Positions 8,874 through 18,341 of a stretch of 64,000 bases of DNA are shown piece by piece (the stretch's first letter is position 1; each line of letters opens with the position of its first letter). A model generated the notes under the pieces. The model saw nothing but the letters and a program-made list of their open reading frames with translations. It had not been told where the DNA came from and ran no database searches. The translations under genes were made by a program, and so were the position numbers. The stretch comes from Bacillota bacterium (GTDB lineage: Bacteria; Bacillota; Clostridia; Acetivibrionales; DTU013): positions 20,351 to 84,350 of the forward strand of contig JAEYOM010000004.1 of NCBI GenBank assembly GCA_023411715.1, in the 5' to 3' direction.

Positions 8874-9664
8874 ATTCCCACACCCTCAAACCTTCTGACG
8901 GATTTTTTATAATACAGAACTGAAATCACGATCATGACCGCATTCCAGAAAAGCATCAGCGCCGCAGCAGCGAGCGGATTTCCTTCACTCTGCCCGATCA
9001 GCAGGGACGCTGGATAATATACCGTATAATAGAACGGCAGCAGGCTGAAGGCCTTCGTCACTGCGGTCGGGAATATGCTCAGCGGAACGAGCGCGCCTGA
9101 AATGAATTCAATAAGGTTGCCTTTCAGAATGTTCAGGCCATCTATGTTTACAAACCTGAAACAGAGGATCGACAGGAAATAATTGAACATTATCATGAAA
9201 TTCATGCCCAGCAGGAATATCAGCGCCGCCAGGCACCAGTCCACAACGCCGGGCGATATCCTGAACTGCCCGGAAAAAATCAACGCCCACGCGGCCGTAG
9301 CAATAAAGTTGACACCGAACACATAGACGGCCCTGGAGTAGCTGCAGGACAAGAAATACAGCACGGGCTTCATCGGCCTTACGATGTATTTTCCGAACTG
9401 TCCGCTCCTGATCTCACTGCAGAACTGCCCGTTCAGGTTGTTCGACTGGTCGAGCCGGCCGAGGAAGGATGCAATTATGTAATATGTAATCATTGCAGCG
9501 AAATCATAACCTCCCACCTGTTCTTTGCTGCTGAAGATCACGCGCCACATCAGCCAGGCCAGGAGTATCTTGCATATGGAGAACGCCGCGCCGGCGAACA
9601 CATCATAATTGTAAGCCATCATTGATTTCCAGGTTATCCTGGCTATTTCCGCGTACTTTTTCAT
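8870..9664 (-). CDS. ABC-2 type transporter permease
   Basis: 264 aa, multi-TM. 4-nt overlaps on both sides. Confidence 0.7.
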   Translation of the reverse strand: MKKYAEIARITWKSMMAYNYDVFAGAAFSICKILLAWLMWRVIFSSKEQVGGYDFAAMITYYIIASFLGRLDQSNNLNGQFCSEIRSGQFGKYIVRPMKPVLYFLSCSYSRAVYVFGVNFIATAAWALIFSGQFRISPGVVDWCLAALIFLLGMNFMIMFNYFLSILCFRFVNIDGLNILKGNLIEFISGALVPLSIFPTAVTKAFSLLPFYYTVYYPASLLIGQSEGNPLAAAALMLFWNAVMIVISVLYYKKSVRRFEGVGI

Positions 9665-10641
9665 GATGCGGCACCGATCCCGTATATCTTTTCGATAACA
9701 TCGCCGATATCCTCATCTTCAAGCTTCAGATCGTCTACATCGCAGTTGTTGAATATAGCGTTGAGCACAGGTTTGACCTGCTCCCGCCCGACTTTGAAGC
9801 ACCACTTGTAAGGGGACCTCTCTATCCACTGGGCCTCAAAATCCGGTTCGAGCCCGGCTTCGTTTTCGAACGTCACGCTGACCGTCTTATACTCGTTAAA
9901 CCTGTCGAGCAGGGCGTCAAAAGCTCCATCGAATATCTTCAGACCATGGTTCACAACCATGACCCTGCTGCATACGTGCCTTATATCCTCCATATAATGG
10001 CTTGTCAGAAGTACTGTTACCTTTTTTTCAATATTGATCTGCCGAAGCAGCTGTCTGATCTGTTTTTGTGCTATCGCATCGAGGCCTATCGTTGGCTCAT
10101 CCAGAAAGAGTACTCCCGGATCATGCAGCAGCGACAATATGAGCTCCATCTTCATACGTTCGCCGAGCGAAAGCTGTCTCACCTGGGTTTTAAGCAGGTT
10201 TGCGACGCCAAACATTTCCGAGTACCGGGCAACATTCTTTCTGAACCTGTCTTCGGGCATTTCATAAATCTCCCTGTCGAGCAGGAACGAATCTATAGCC
10301 GGCAGATCCCACCAGAGCTGGCTTTTCTGCCCCATGACCACTGCGATGCTTTTTTTGAAGGCATCGGAAGGCCTGGACGGATCAAAGCCCGATACTGCAG
10401 CCTTTCCGGAAGTGGGTTGGATAATGCCCGAAAGCATTTTGACAAGAGTCGTCTTTCCTGCCCCGTTAGGCCCGATCAGCCCTATCATTTCGCCCTTCTC
10501 GGCGTCGAACGAAAATTCGGAGACCGCAGTCTTCTCTATCACCTGCTTGTGAAAAAGCGCCTTGAACGTACCCTTCAGGCCTTCTTCCTTCTCCGCGCTC
10601 CTGTATACCCTGGTAAGCTTCTCAGCTTTCAATGCCTGCAT
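9661..10641 (-). CDS. ABC transporter ATP-binding protein
   Basis: Walker A GPNGAGKTT, signature LSLGERMK, Walker B LLFLDEPTIGLD. Confidence 0.9.
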   Translation of the reverse strand: MQALKAEKLTRVYRSAEKEEGLKGTFKALFHKQVIEKTAVSEFSFDAEKGEMIGLIGPNGAGKTTLVKMLSGIIQPTSGKAAVSGFDPSRPSDAFKKSIAVVMGQKSQLWWDLPAIDSFLLDREIYEMPEDRFRKNVARYSEMFGVANLLKTQVRQLSLGERMKMELILSLLHDPGVLFLDEPTIGLDAIAQKQIRQLLRQINIEKKVTVLLTSHYMEDIRHVCSRVMVVNHGLKIFDGAFDALLDRFNEYKTVSVTFENEAGLEPDFEAQWIERSPYKWCFKVGREQVKPVLNAIFNNCDVDDLKLEDEDIGDVIEKIYGIGAAS

Positions 10642-10818
10642 AACCGCACCTCCAAAAAAAATTATATGCTGCGCGCCATCCGATCGGCAAGTTAATTATC
10701 AGCTATAAAAAAAATCTCCAGCGCATTGAGCGTCTGGATTTTTGAACAATACTTCGCCGGGATTACTACATCGGCATATAATCTACTTTTAGCTGCGGTT
10801 AATGAAAGTACCCTGAAG

Positions 10819-12784
10819 TTATATTCCTAAATCATCAAGAATAGATGCGGCCTTTTCCTTTAGATCCAACTCTTTAATTAATTCCAACGCTTCTGTTTTA
10901 TTCGCTCCAGCATATACTAAAAAGCAAAAGTCTCTTTCCTCATGCTTAACCGCAAACGAAAAGGCATCAAAAACTTCATAATCGTTTTCCTTATAAAAAG
11001 TAATTCCGGGAGCTTCAGGCAGTTCCACCTCATGAGTATTATTGACACCAAATGACGTTTTCCCCGTATCGTAAATATGAATAGACATATTGCGTGAATC
11101 ATTACCGTAATCCAAATAAATTACGCCTGCTTTTTTTATGGAATAATCATACTTAAAGGGTATCCCTGTCTTGTAATTCATAAATTCCGGTTCGATTTCT
11201 GGCATACCGCTGCTAATGATTAATGGCATACCGCTGCTAGTATAGTACGAACCTACTGTATTTACCAAGGTTTTCAGGGAATTTTAAAGAAGGATAGTAT
11301 TTTTCTATTTCCTCCATACTGCTTAATGGCCGGCTCCCCCATACTATGCTACGTTCGCCGTCCATATCGAATATACATGCCTCATCATAATCGAGAGCTT
11401 GTCTGGTTTTTTCCGTAAGCTCCTGAAGCTTCTTGCGATATTCGGGAGATGCCTTATCTTGAACTGCTGCTTCAAATATTTTACCGTCAAGCATATCAAT
11501 AAATTCTGCCGTTACCCTGCTGAGCGTTTCGATCGCCTCTAAATTCAACGCATCTGCCGTATCTTGAACCGTATGAGTTATCGGAATTAAAGCTTCGCAG
11601 GAAAGGTCTATTGCCGCGATACCTTTATTTTGAAATATGATATGATCGCTTGCACCCTCATCTGAGAATGATATCTCGAATCCACCGGACGTAAGGTGTG
11701 AAGCGAAAGCGTCCGCCAGGCTTTTGGACGCCTCGTTAGTATTTAATGTATACTTTGTCGGATTATTTTTACTGCCTGCCATGTCGAAATTTATATTATA
11801 GAAATCTGTATATTTGCCTGTCAGCTCGGATATGGCTGCTTTACTGCCCTGCATCCCGCTCTCTTCGCCGTTGAACGCGTAAAAAACTATGTCTGTCGGC
11901 GGCTGACGGTTTCCATAATGCTTCTTCATGTCTTGAGCAAGCTTTATGAGTAATGCTGTTCAGGAAGCATTGTCGGCAGCTCCGCGGAAGACCGTATCGT
12001 CCCACCAGCCTATATGGTCGAAATGGGTGCTTAGTATGACGGCCTTTGAAGGGTCCTTTCCCTTTAGCACCCCCGCGACATTATTTACGGAGGATGAAAC
12101 CGTCGAATAGTCACAGTCGATTGATACCGATGCAACAGATTCTATTTCCGATAGAAGCCTTTTCATAAAATCAGCGCTCAAATTGAATGTTGGTACAATA
12201 CCTTGGTCCTCCTCAATTCTTGCGGATGCTTTCCCGCTAATAATGAACAAGGCGGCCGGTTCTGTTTCCCGTGCGTCTGAAATCTTACCGCTGTCAGGCT
12301 CAAGCAATATCGTACCGGAAATATTTTCAGCATTGTAATCTGTCGTAATACCGGCGTTTATTGTGAAATCCGATAAGCCGACCGTTGGGAAAAAATCGCG
12401 TCCGGGGTCAAGCTTACATAGCTCTCCATTTTTATACAGAACAGATATGTCGATTTTCTGCTTGTCCGGCATATAGGTCATCTGTGTATAGGGAATGCAG
12501 TAATTCTCTCCAAGAAGCGGTTCCAATCCGGCTGCGTGAAATTGTTCAGCAATGAACATTTCCGTTTTTTTGCTTCCCTCAGTTCCCGTCAATCGCCCCT
12601 TAGCCTCATCCGAGGTTAAAAATGCGACTACTTCTGCGGTGCCTGCCATGTTGTTCTGCTTGAATGAACAACCGGACAAAGCACATACTAAAATAACAAT
12701 AACGACTATCATTCGTTTCTTCATGGATATATACACTCCTTGGCTGTGATGCCTCAAGAGGCCCAAAACTTGAGGCATCCGCAT
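10819..12784 (-). pseudogene. M28-family lipoprotein aminopeptidase, disrupted by an in-frame TGA (11960-11962) and a probable frameshift near 11240-11270
   Basis: Three ORFs (11960..12784, 11237..11929, 10819..11268) form one gene. Lipobox LVCALSGCS. Minus-strand read-through gives ...HFDHIGWWDDTVFRGAADNAS-TGA-TALLIKLAQDMKKHYG...DIVFYAFNGEESGMQGS, so the stop replaces the conserved Gly of the M28 DNASG motif. The 11237 ORF and the 10819 ORF join as FPENL/VNTVGSYY with a 1-nt shift. Confidence 0.75.
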
Positions 12785-12813
12785 TAAAATGGTATCGTTG
12801 AGTCAGTCCTTGC

Positions 12814-13137
12814 TTAACGCATGCATACCCACTCTAACGTATCGGTGGAAGTAATATCAGCTCTGCCGCACCTTGTACATTTCAACCCTGATATAACCAT
12901 ATATTCGTATAGGTAATCAAGCTTTGTAGTATCACCATGGATACAAACCCGGGTAGTCCCTGTAAATAGGTGTGTAGTCTCCTCATAATAGGGTAACATA
13001 CGACCTCCGCATGAGCAGTCAACATAGCGCGGGACAACTCCCGACTGTGAATTTGAAGCAGATGCATATACGGAAGTAAAAGAAAGGCAAAGCATTACAA
13101 CAACAAGAATTGAAACAATAAATTTAATTTTTCTCAT
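12814..13137 (-). CDS. Small secreted Cys-rich protein, unknown function
   Basis: 107 aa. Signal peptide MRKIKFIVSILVVVMLCLSFTSVYASA. CxC...CxH...CxxC pattern. RBS AAAGGAGA. Confidence 0.55.
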   Translation of the reverse strand: MRKIKFIVSILVVVMLCLSFTSVYASASNSQSGVVPRYVDCSCGGRMLPYYEETTHLFTGTTRVCIHGDTTKLDYLYEYMVISGLKCTRCGRADITSTDTLEWVCMR

Positions 13138-13355
13138 AGATGGTCTCCTTTCAAAAGTAGGAAATTTTTTGGAAAACCAAATATCCCAGTATTAGGGGCC
13201 TTTGTAATATATATGTATGAAAAACACTATTTAGGGACAGCAAAAACTAATAGTAGAAATAATTTATATTATAACTTTATTCGCTTTTCATACCAGTCCA
13301 CACATGTAGCGCGATCACAAAAAATCAGTATCATTCCGGATCTTTTTTGTAAGCT

Positions 13356-13824
13356 TTACTTTTGCTCTCTGGTAACACGTTTCTTGCAGGCTTCAACTGA
13401 TATGCCTTGTTCTTGGGCCGCTTCCTTCATCGAATACTTGTCCAGCAAGATTATTTTAATCAAATGAAAGTCCTCAGCGCTTATCAAACCTTCATATAAT
13501 ATTTCCGGATTGTACTCTTCCATTACAGATCCAAATAGATCTTCCCTACATTCTACAGAACAAAAAATATTCTTATAAACCAGGGCTCTGCTTCGCTTAA
13601 TATTACGAATAACGTTTTTTAAGACATTCATAATCCATCCTTCCGGATTGGGACTGATCCTAAGTTCATTTGACTTTATACAAGCAATTCTAAAAGTATC
13701 CTGGACTGCCTCCTCAGCTAATGAATGGCTGACAAGCGCCTTGGGAATAATTAGTGAGCTGATTATGCATTTTACTATATAGCTGTTCAATAAATATGTT
13801 CTGCCTATTTTTTCTCGTATACAT
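13356..13824 (-). pseudogene. ECF sigma factor with a frameshift in region 2
   Basis: Own translation from ATG 13824 (RBS GGAGG) gives MYTRKNRQNIFIEQLYSKMHNQLTNYSQGACQPFIS-stop. The track ORF (13356..13790) continues in another frame with ...KALVSHSLAEEAVQDTFRIAC...region-4 HTH (YSMKEAAQEQGISVEACKKRV). The frames switch near 13740-13750. Confidence 0.7.
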
Positions 13825-13971
13825 GCAGTACCTCCAGCAGCAATACAATTATATCACTTACCTACATATCATAGGTAAAATAATAAATATTAGGATGCAG
13901 GAGACAGCTATATTAAGGGTCCTTCAAATTTCTGTTGTGCATTGCGTATAAAAAATAGAAAATAGAGTATA

Positions 13972-14000
13972 TTGACCATAGAACATATGTTCGGTATAAT
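13972..14000 (+). promoter_or_regulatory. Sigma-A promoter with an embedded LexA (Cheo) box upstream of the Y-family polymerase
   Basis: TTGACC-17 nt-TATAAT. The spacer carries AGAACATATGTTCG (13980-13993), compared with the Gram-positive LexA consensus CGAAC-N4-GTTCG. Confidence 0.75.
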
Positions 14001-14070
14001 AAAACTGTACGCTTAATGTTTCAGCAATTTTCAGCATTAGAAAAAGGTTCGTGTCGACAAGGGTGATCGG

Positions 14071-15309
14071 ATGAGCAGAGTGATTTTGCATAGTGATCTC
14101 AATAACTTCTACGCCAGCGTGGAATGCCTGTACAATCCGGAGATACGCGACCGGCCCGTCGCTGTTTGCGGCTCGCAGTCGACACGTCACGGCATCGTGC
14201 TTGCCAAGAACGGGCTCGCAAAAAAATTCGGAGTTGCGGCCGGGGACGCAGTCTGGGAGGCCAGGTCGAAATGCCCGGGGCTCGTGGTGGTAAGGCCGAA
14301 TTACATGCAGTACCTCAAATTTTCCATGATGGTTCGTAAAATTTACGAAAACTATACGAACCTGATCGAGGCCTTCGGCATCGATGAAAACTGGCTCGAC
14401 GTAACGGAAAGCACACGTTTGTATGGCTCCGGCAAGCAGATCGCAGACGAGCTCCGCAAAAGGATAGAGTTCGAACTGGGCATCACCGCTTCCGTGGGCG
14501 TCAGCTTTAATAAAGTCTTCGCGAAGCTTGGTTCTGATATGAAAAAGCCCGATGCGACCACGGTGATAAGCGAGGAAGACTACCGTGAGAAGGTATGGGG
14601 ACTGCCTGTCGGCGATATGATTTACGTAGGCCCGTCCACCCGAAGGAAGCTTACGGACATCGGCATCTCAACGATAGGTGAGCTGGCCGGCGCGCCCCCG
14701 AGGTTCCTGGAACAGCATTTCGGGCAGTGGGGCCGGACGCTCTGGATATTTGCGAACGGTTACGACGATTCCCCGGTGACCCGGCTCGATTTCCAGCCGA
14801 ATATCAAGGGCGTAGGCAATTCGCTCACCACCCCTCACGACCTCCGCGACGACAATGATGTCAAGATACTCACGTACGTATTGGCGGACAGCGTTGCGGA
14901 AAGGCTCCGGAGGCATCATCTCAAAGGCAGGACCGTGCAGATATACATCCGTTCGTCGGATCTTTCCTTTATCGAGCGGCAGGGACAGCTTTCGCACTAC
15001 ACCTGCGTTTCTTCGGAGATAGCTGAGAAGGCGCTCGAGATATTCGGCCAGTCCTGGGACTGGTCCAAAACGATCCGGACGCTCGGCGTCAGGGTTACAA
15101 ATGTGGTAACGGCAGACAGGTGCGGACAGGTATCTTTTTTTGACGATGAAAAACGGCTGCGCCGGGAGCAGCTCGAGAGCAGCATCGATAATATACGGAC
15201 CCGTTTCGGGCATTATTCGGTACAGCGGGCGGTACTGCTGAAAAGTAACGGGCTCAACGCAAATCCGGTGGAGGAAAATGTTATACATCCCGTGTCCTTT
15301 TTCCGGTGA
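14071..15309 (+). CDS. dinB: Y-family DNA polymerase (DinB/Pol IV-like)
   Basis: MSRVILHSDLNNFYASVECLYNPEIRDRPVAVCG...IDENWLDVT...SVGVSFNKVFAKLGSDMKKPD, the canonical ImpB/MucB/SamB motifs. Confidence 0.9.
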   Translation: MSRVILHSDLNNFYASVECLYNPEIRDRPVAVCGSQSTRHGIVLAKNGLAKKFGVAAGDAVWEARSKCPGLVVVRPNYMQYLKFSMMVRKIYENYTNLIEAFGIDENWLDVTESTRLYGSGKQIADELRKRIEFELGITASVGVSFNKVFAKLGSDMKKPDATTVISEEDYREKVWGLPVGDMIYVGPSTRRKLTDIGISTIGELAGAPPRFLEQHFGQWGRTLWIFANGYDDSPVTRLDFQPNIKGVGNSLTTPHDLRDDNDVKILTYVLADSVAERLRRHHLKGRTVQIYIRSSDLSFIERQGQLSHYTCVSSEIAEKALEIFGQSWDWSKTIRTLGVRVTNVVTADRCGQVSFFDDEKRLRREQLESSIDNIRTRFGHYSVQRAVLLKSNGLNANPVEENVIHPVSFFR

Positions 15310-15315
15310 TATGGG

Positions 15316-15428
15316 GCGTACCGGCGGCAGGCTGTGTCGCGAGTGTGCCATACCGGCGGCAGGCTGTGTCGCGAGTGCGCCGTACCGGCGGCAGGCTGTG
15401 TCGCGAGTGCGCCGTACCGGCGGCTTTT
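15316..15428. repeat. 32-bp GC-rich tandem repeat, 3.3 copies, starting 7 nt after the dinB stop
   Basis: The core ccggcggcaggctgtgtcgcgagtgcgccgta recurs with starts at 15321, 15353, 15385 and 15417 (last copy partial), then ttttt. Confidence 0.95.
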
Positions 15429-15494
15429 TGACCAACGTGCACCGCACCGTTTATGCGCATCCTGCGAAGGTGGTTTGGTTCGGAGGGTAGATAT

Positions 15495-15731
15495 ATGGCT
15501 AAGGTTTTTGTTGAAGTGATCGCGAAGTTTACAAAGGATGGCAGCAAGGTCCCTCTTATCGTCAAGTGGGAGGACGGCAGAAGTTTCGATATAGACAGGG
15601 TGACCGACATCAGGCGCGCAGCGTCCCTGAAGGCGGGCGGCCAAGGTATGCGGTACAGGTGCAGGATAAACGGAAAGGAAACCTACCTCTGGCTCGAGGA
15701 CGACAAGTGGTTTGTCGACAGCAAGGCGTGA
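15495..15731 (+). CDS. Small conserved-looking protein of unknown function, downstream of dinB
   Basis: Start moved to ATG 15495, behind GGAGGG. 78 aa: MAKVFVEVIAKFTKDGSKVPLIVKWEDGRSFDIDRVTDIRRAASLKAGGQGMRYRCRINGKETYLWLEDDKWFVDSKA. Confidence 0.6.
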   Translation: MAKVFVEVIAKFTKDGSKVPLIVKWEDGRSFDIDRVTDIRRAASLKAGGQGMRYRCRINGKETYLWLEDDKWFVDSKA

Positions 15732-15800
15732 GGCGTAAGTATCACGCCATTACGCACATTATACGTATAGTTTCAGTATCAATATTATGACGTGCTTATG

Positions 15801-18200
15801 TTATGACGTCCTCTCCAAGCTGATCTCATATGAATCGAGCTCGAGTTCACCTGCCTGCAGTGGTTTGCTGAAATAGTAGCCCTGCGCGGTGTCGCAGCCT
15901 TCCTTTAGCAGAAACTCCAGCTGTGTCGCATTTTCTACCCCTTCTGCCGTAACGCTCAGGTTCATATTATGGGCGAGCGATATCAGTGCCCTTGTGATTT
16001 TCGTCTGGTTTGAACTGCTGTTGAAGCCGTGGATGAAGGTCTTGTCGATCTTAAGGTTGCTGATTGGCAGGACCTTTAGATAATTAAGCGAGGAATATCC
16101 TTTTCCGAAATCGTCCAGGGAAATACCGATGCCCATATCCTTTAGCTGTCCGAGTATGTCGACGGTATGTTCGAGGTCGTGCATAGCCAGGCCTTCGGTG
16201 ACCTCAAGTTCGAGCCACTCGGCCTTTATACGGGTCTCCTCTATTATCTTCCTGACCGAGCTTACCAGATCGGTCTGCTGAAATTGCCTTGCAGACAGGT
16301 TCACTGAAACTCTGAGATTCTCATAGCCTTGCTCATGCCATTTGAAGAGCTGCCTGCAAGCAGTTCTCAGGACCCATTCGCCTATTTTGCCGATCAGCCC
16401 TATTTCCTCGGCAATATGTATGAATGAATCAGGCATGACCCATCCTATAGCAGGATTCGCCCACCTTATGAGGGCTTCTACGCAGGTCACCCTGCCGGTC
16501 GCCAGCTCTATCATGGGCTGGTAGTATACCACGAATTCATCTTTCTCCGCAGCGCGTCTCAGGTTGTTTTCTATCTCCATTCGTTCCATTATTCGAATAT
16601 TGAGTTCCTGTGTATATATCTGGAAATTGTTCTTGCCCGATTCCTTTGCGCGGTACATTGCCGTGTCCGCATTCTTCATCAGCTCCTGCAGGTCCGAACC
16701 GTCGTCGGGGTATACGGATATACCTATGCTCGCCGTGACGTAAAACTCCCGTTCATCCAGTATCCATGGGTTTTTGAAAATATCGAGCATCCTTGCTGCC
16801 AGATGGCAAACTTCCTCCATGTTCTTGATATTGGCCTGCAGCATTATGAACTCGTCCCCGCCGAGACGCGCCAGCGTATCGCTTCTTCTTAGAGTACACC
16901 TCAGCTGTTCTCCGACCTTCCGGAGCAGTTGATCGCCAAATGAATGTCCTATTGTATCATTAATGGTTTTGAAATTGTCGAGATCCAGAAAGAAAACAGC
17001 CAATCTTCTTTGCTTCCTTTGAGCCGTCGCAGCCGCAACGATGAAACGATCCATCAGCAGCGTCCTGTTCGGGAGCCCCGTCATTGCATCATAATATGCC
17101 AGTTGATGTATTTTTTCATCGGTAAGGCGCTGTTCGGTTATGTCCGTTATAGAACCTGCTATCCTGACAGGGATGTCGCTTTCGTCCCATATTGCCATAC
17201 CCCTGGTCCGAACCCACTTTACTTCGTTTTCAGGTGTGTTTATCCTGTACTCGATCTGAAAATGCTTCTTCTGCGGCTCGGTCACGTATTTGTTCAAACT
17301 TCTGATAAACCTGTCCTGGTCTTCTTTTGCGATTACACTGAACCACTTCTCGATAGTCATGCACTCCTGGCTGTCATCCAAGCCCATGATCATCCTGCTC
17401 TGCTTTGACATGAACAATCTGCCGTCTTTGCCGTCCCAGTCCCATATACCGTCATTGACTCCCTCGACTGCCAGCCTGTAGCGCTCTTCACTGCGCCGCA
17501 GTTCATTTTCATGCATATTCAGGTCGTCATACTGTATTTTACGTTCGATCTCCTTATGTATAAGTTCCTCATGCACCGCCTCCAATTCCTGATAACTCTC
17601 TGTCAGCTTAAGTTCCGTATTCTTCCTGTCCGTTATGCCGACACCCATGGCCATTACGTTTGCGGGCTTATTCTCAGGACCCATTATAACGTCTATATTC
17701 CAAAGTACATTGATCTTTCCGCCATTAGCGCAGATAATACAATTTTCCATATTCTGCACGCTGTTCCCCCTGGCGAGGCTATCGCATATCCTTTTGCCAA
17801 GGTCGGTATCTTCGGAGAAAGCCGGTATCTCATCGAGTCTTTTGCCTTTGACGTCTTTCCCGCTGTAACCTGTGATCTCCTGCGCAAATTTATTGAATAA
17901 TATTATCGATCCTGTTGAATCGCAAACGATTATAATGGTTTTGGCATTCTCTATTATACCTCTGGCCAGGGCTTGTTCCTGTGTGTATTCGCTGCCGGTC
18001 TTTCTGAAATATAAATAAATCCTGACAATAAACAGGATCAGTAAAAGCGCGAATGCTGCAATAAGAACTGTTGTATTTACCCGGTCTACCAGTTCCGATC
18101 GTTCTCTATTAACTGTTTCAGCTGCTGCCGGCATATTTTGCGCAAAAAACAGGAAGAGTATAAAAGCCGGAAACAAGGCTATTTTTAGCCAAGATCTCAT
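15801..18200 (-). CDS. Membrane PAS/PAC-GGDEF-EAL signalling protein (c-di-GMP turnover)
   Basis: 799 aa. N-terminal TM segments, PAS regions, GGDEF (LARLGGDEFIML), EAL (VEALIRW...DDFGKGYSSL). Confidence 0.9.
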   Translation of the reverse strand: MRSWLKIALFPAFILFLFFAQNMPAAAETVNRERSELVDRVNTTVLIAAFALLLILFIVRIYLYFRKTGSEYTQEQALARGIIENAKTIIIVCDSTGSIILFNKFAQEITGYSGKDVKGKRLDEIPAFSEDTDLGKRICDSLARGNSVQNMENCIICANGGKINVLWNIDVIMGPENKPANVMAMGVGITDRKNTELKLTESYQELEAVHEELIHKEIERKIQYDDLNMHENELRRSEERYRLAVEGVNDGIWDWDGKDGRLFMSKQSRMIMGLDDSQECMTIEKWFSVIAKEDQDRFIRSLNKYVTEPQKKHFQIEYRINTPENEVKWVRTRGMAIWDESDIPVRIAGSITDITEQRLTDEKIHQLAYYDAMTGLPNRTLLMDRFIVAAATAQRKQRRLAVFFLDLDNFKTINDTIGHSFGDQLLRKVGEQLRCTLRRSDTLARLGGDEFIMLQANIKNMEEVCHLAARMLDIFKNPWILDEREFYVTASIGISVYPDDGSDLQELMKNADTAMYRAKESGKNNFQIYTQELNIRIMERMEIENNLRRAAEKDEFVVYYQPMIELATGRVTCVEALIRWANPAIGWVMPDSFIHIAEEIGLIGKIGEWVLRTACRQLFKWHEQGYENLRVSVNLSARQFQQTDLVSSVRKIIEETRIKAEWLELEVTEGLAMHDLEHTVDILGQLKDMGIGISLDDFGKGYSSLNYLKVLPISNLKIDKTFIHGFNSSSNQTKITRALISLAHNMNLSVTAEGVENATQLEFLLKEGCDTAQGYYFSKPLQAGELELDSYEISLERTS

Positions 18201-18341
18201 TATGCCCCCTGATTTAAGTCAGCATCCAATACTACAGCGGGTTCGCTGCAATACTATTCACACTGCATAAAATTCTTACTTATGATTATATATTTAATTT
18301 GAAACGAATTTCAACATATTTGTCGAATCTTGCATAAAGAA

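Noticed and set aside
7887-8912. 341-aa + strand ORF opposite the ABC-2 permease genes. Similar long antisense ORFs include 5180..6166, 9946..10695, 20103..20792, 37895..38734, 41469..42086, 48074..48742 and 53996..54652.
   Set aside because: Each lies antisense to a gene with clear family motifs. None has an RBS, and all have skewed low-complexity composition (His/Arg/Ser/Pro rich). They are shadow ORFs.
11960-11962. TGA reassigned to glycine (genetic code 25) as the explanation for the in-frame TGA at a conserved Gly.
   Set aside because: Well-conserved genes in the same window end at TGA at the expected length (for example cotJA at 1576-1578 and dinB at 15307-15309). TGA is therefore a normal stop here, and a point mutation or an error is the simpler explanation.
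15213-15644. Several 60-143-aa ORFs on both strands across 15280-15640.
   Set aside because: They are generated by the GC-rich 32-bp tandem repeat (stop-free in several frames) and translate to repetitive Arg/Ala/Gly strings. Only the 15495..15731 ORF has an RBS and non-repetitive sequence.
18321-18327. Spo0A box (TGTCGAA) upstream of the GGDEF-EAL gene.
   Set aside because: A single 7-mer is expected several times by chance in 64 kb on two strands. There is no second box or recognisable promoter context.
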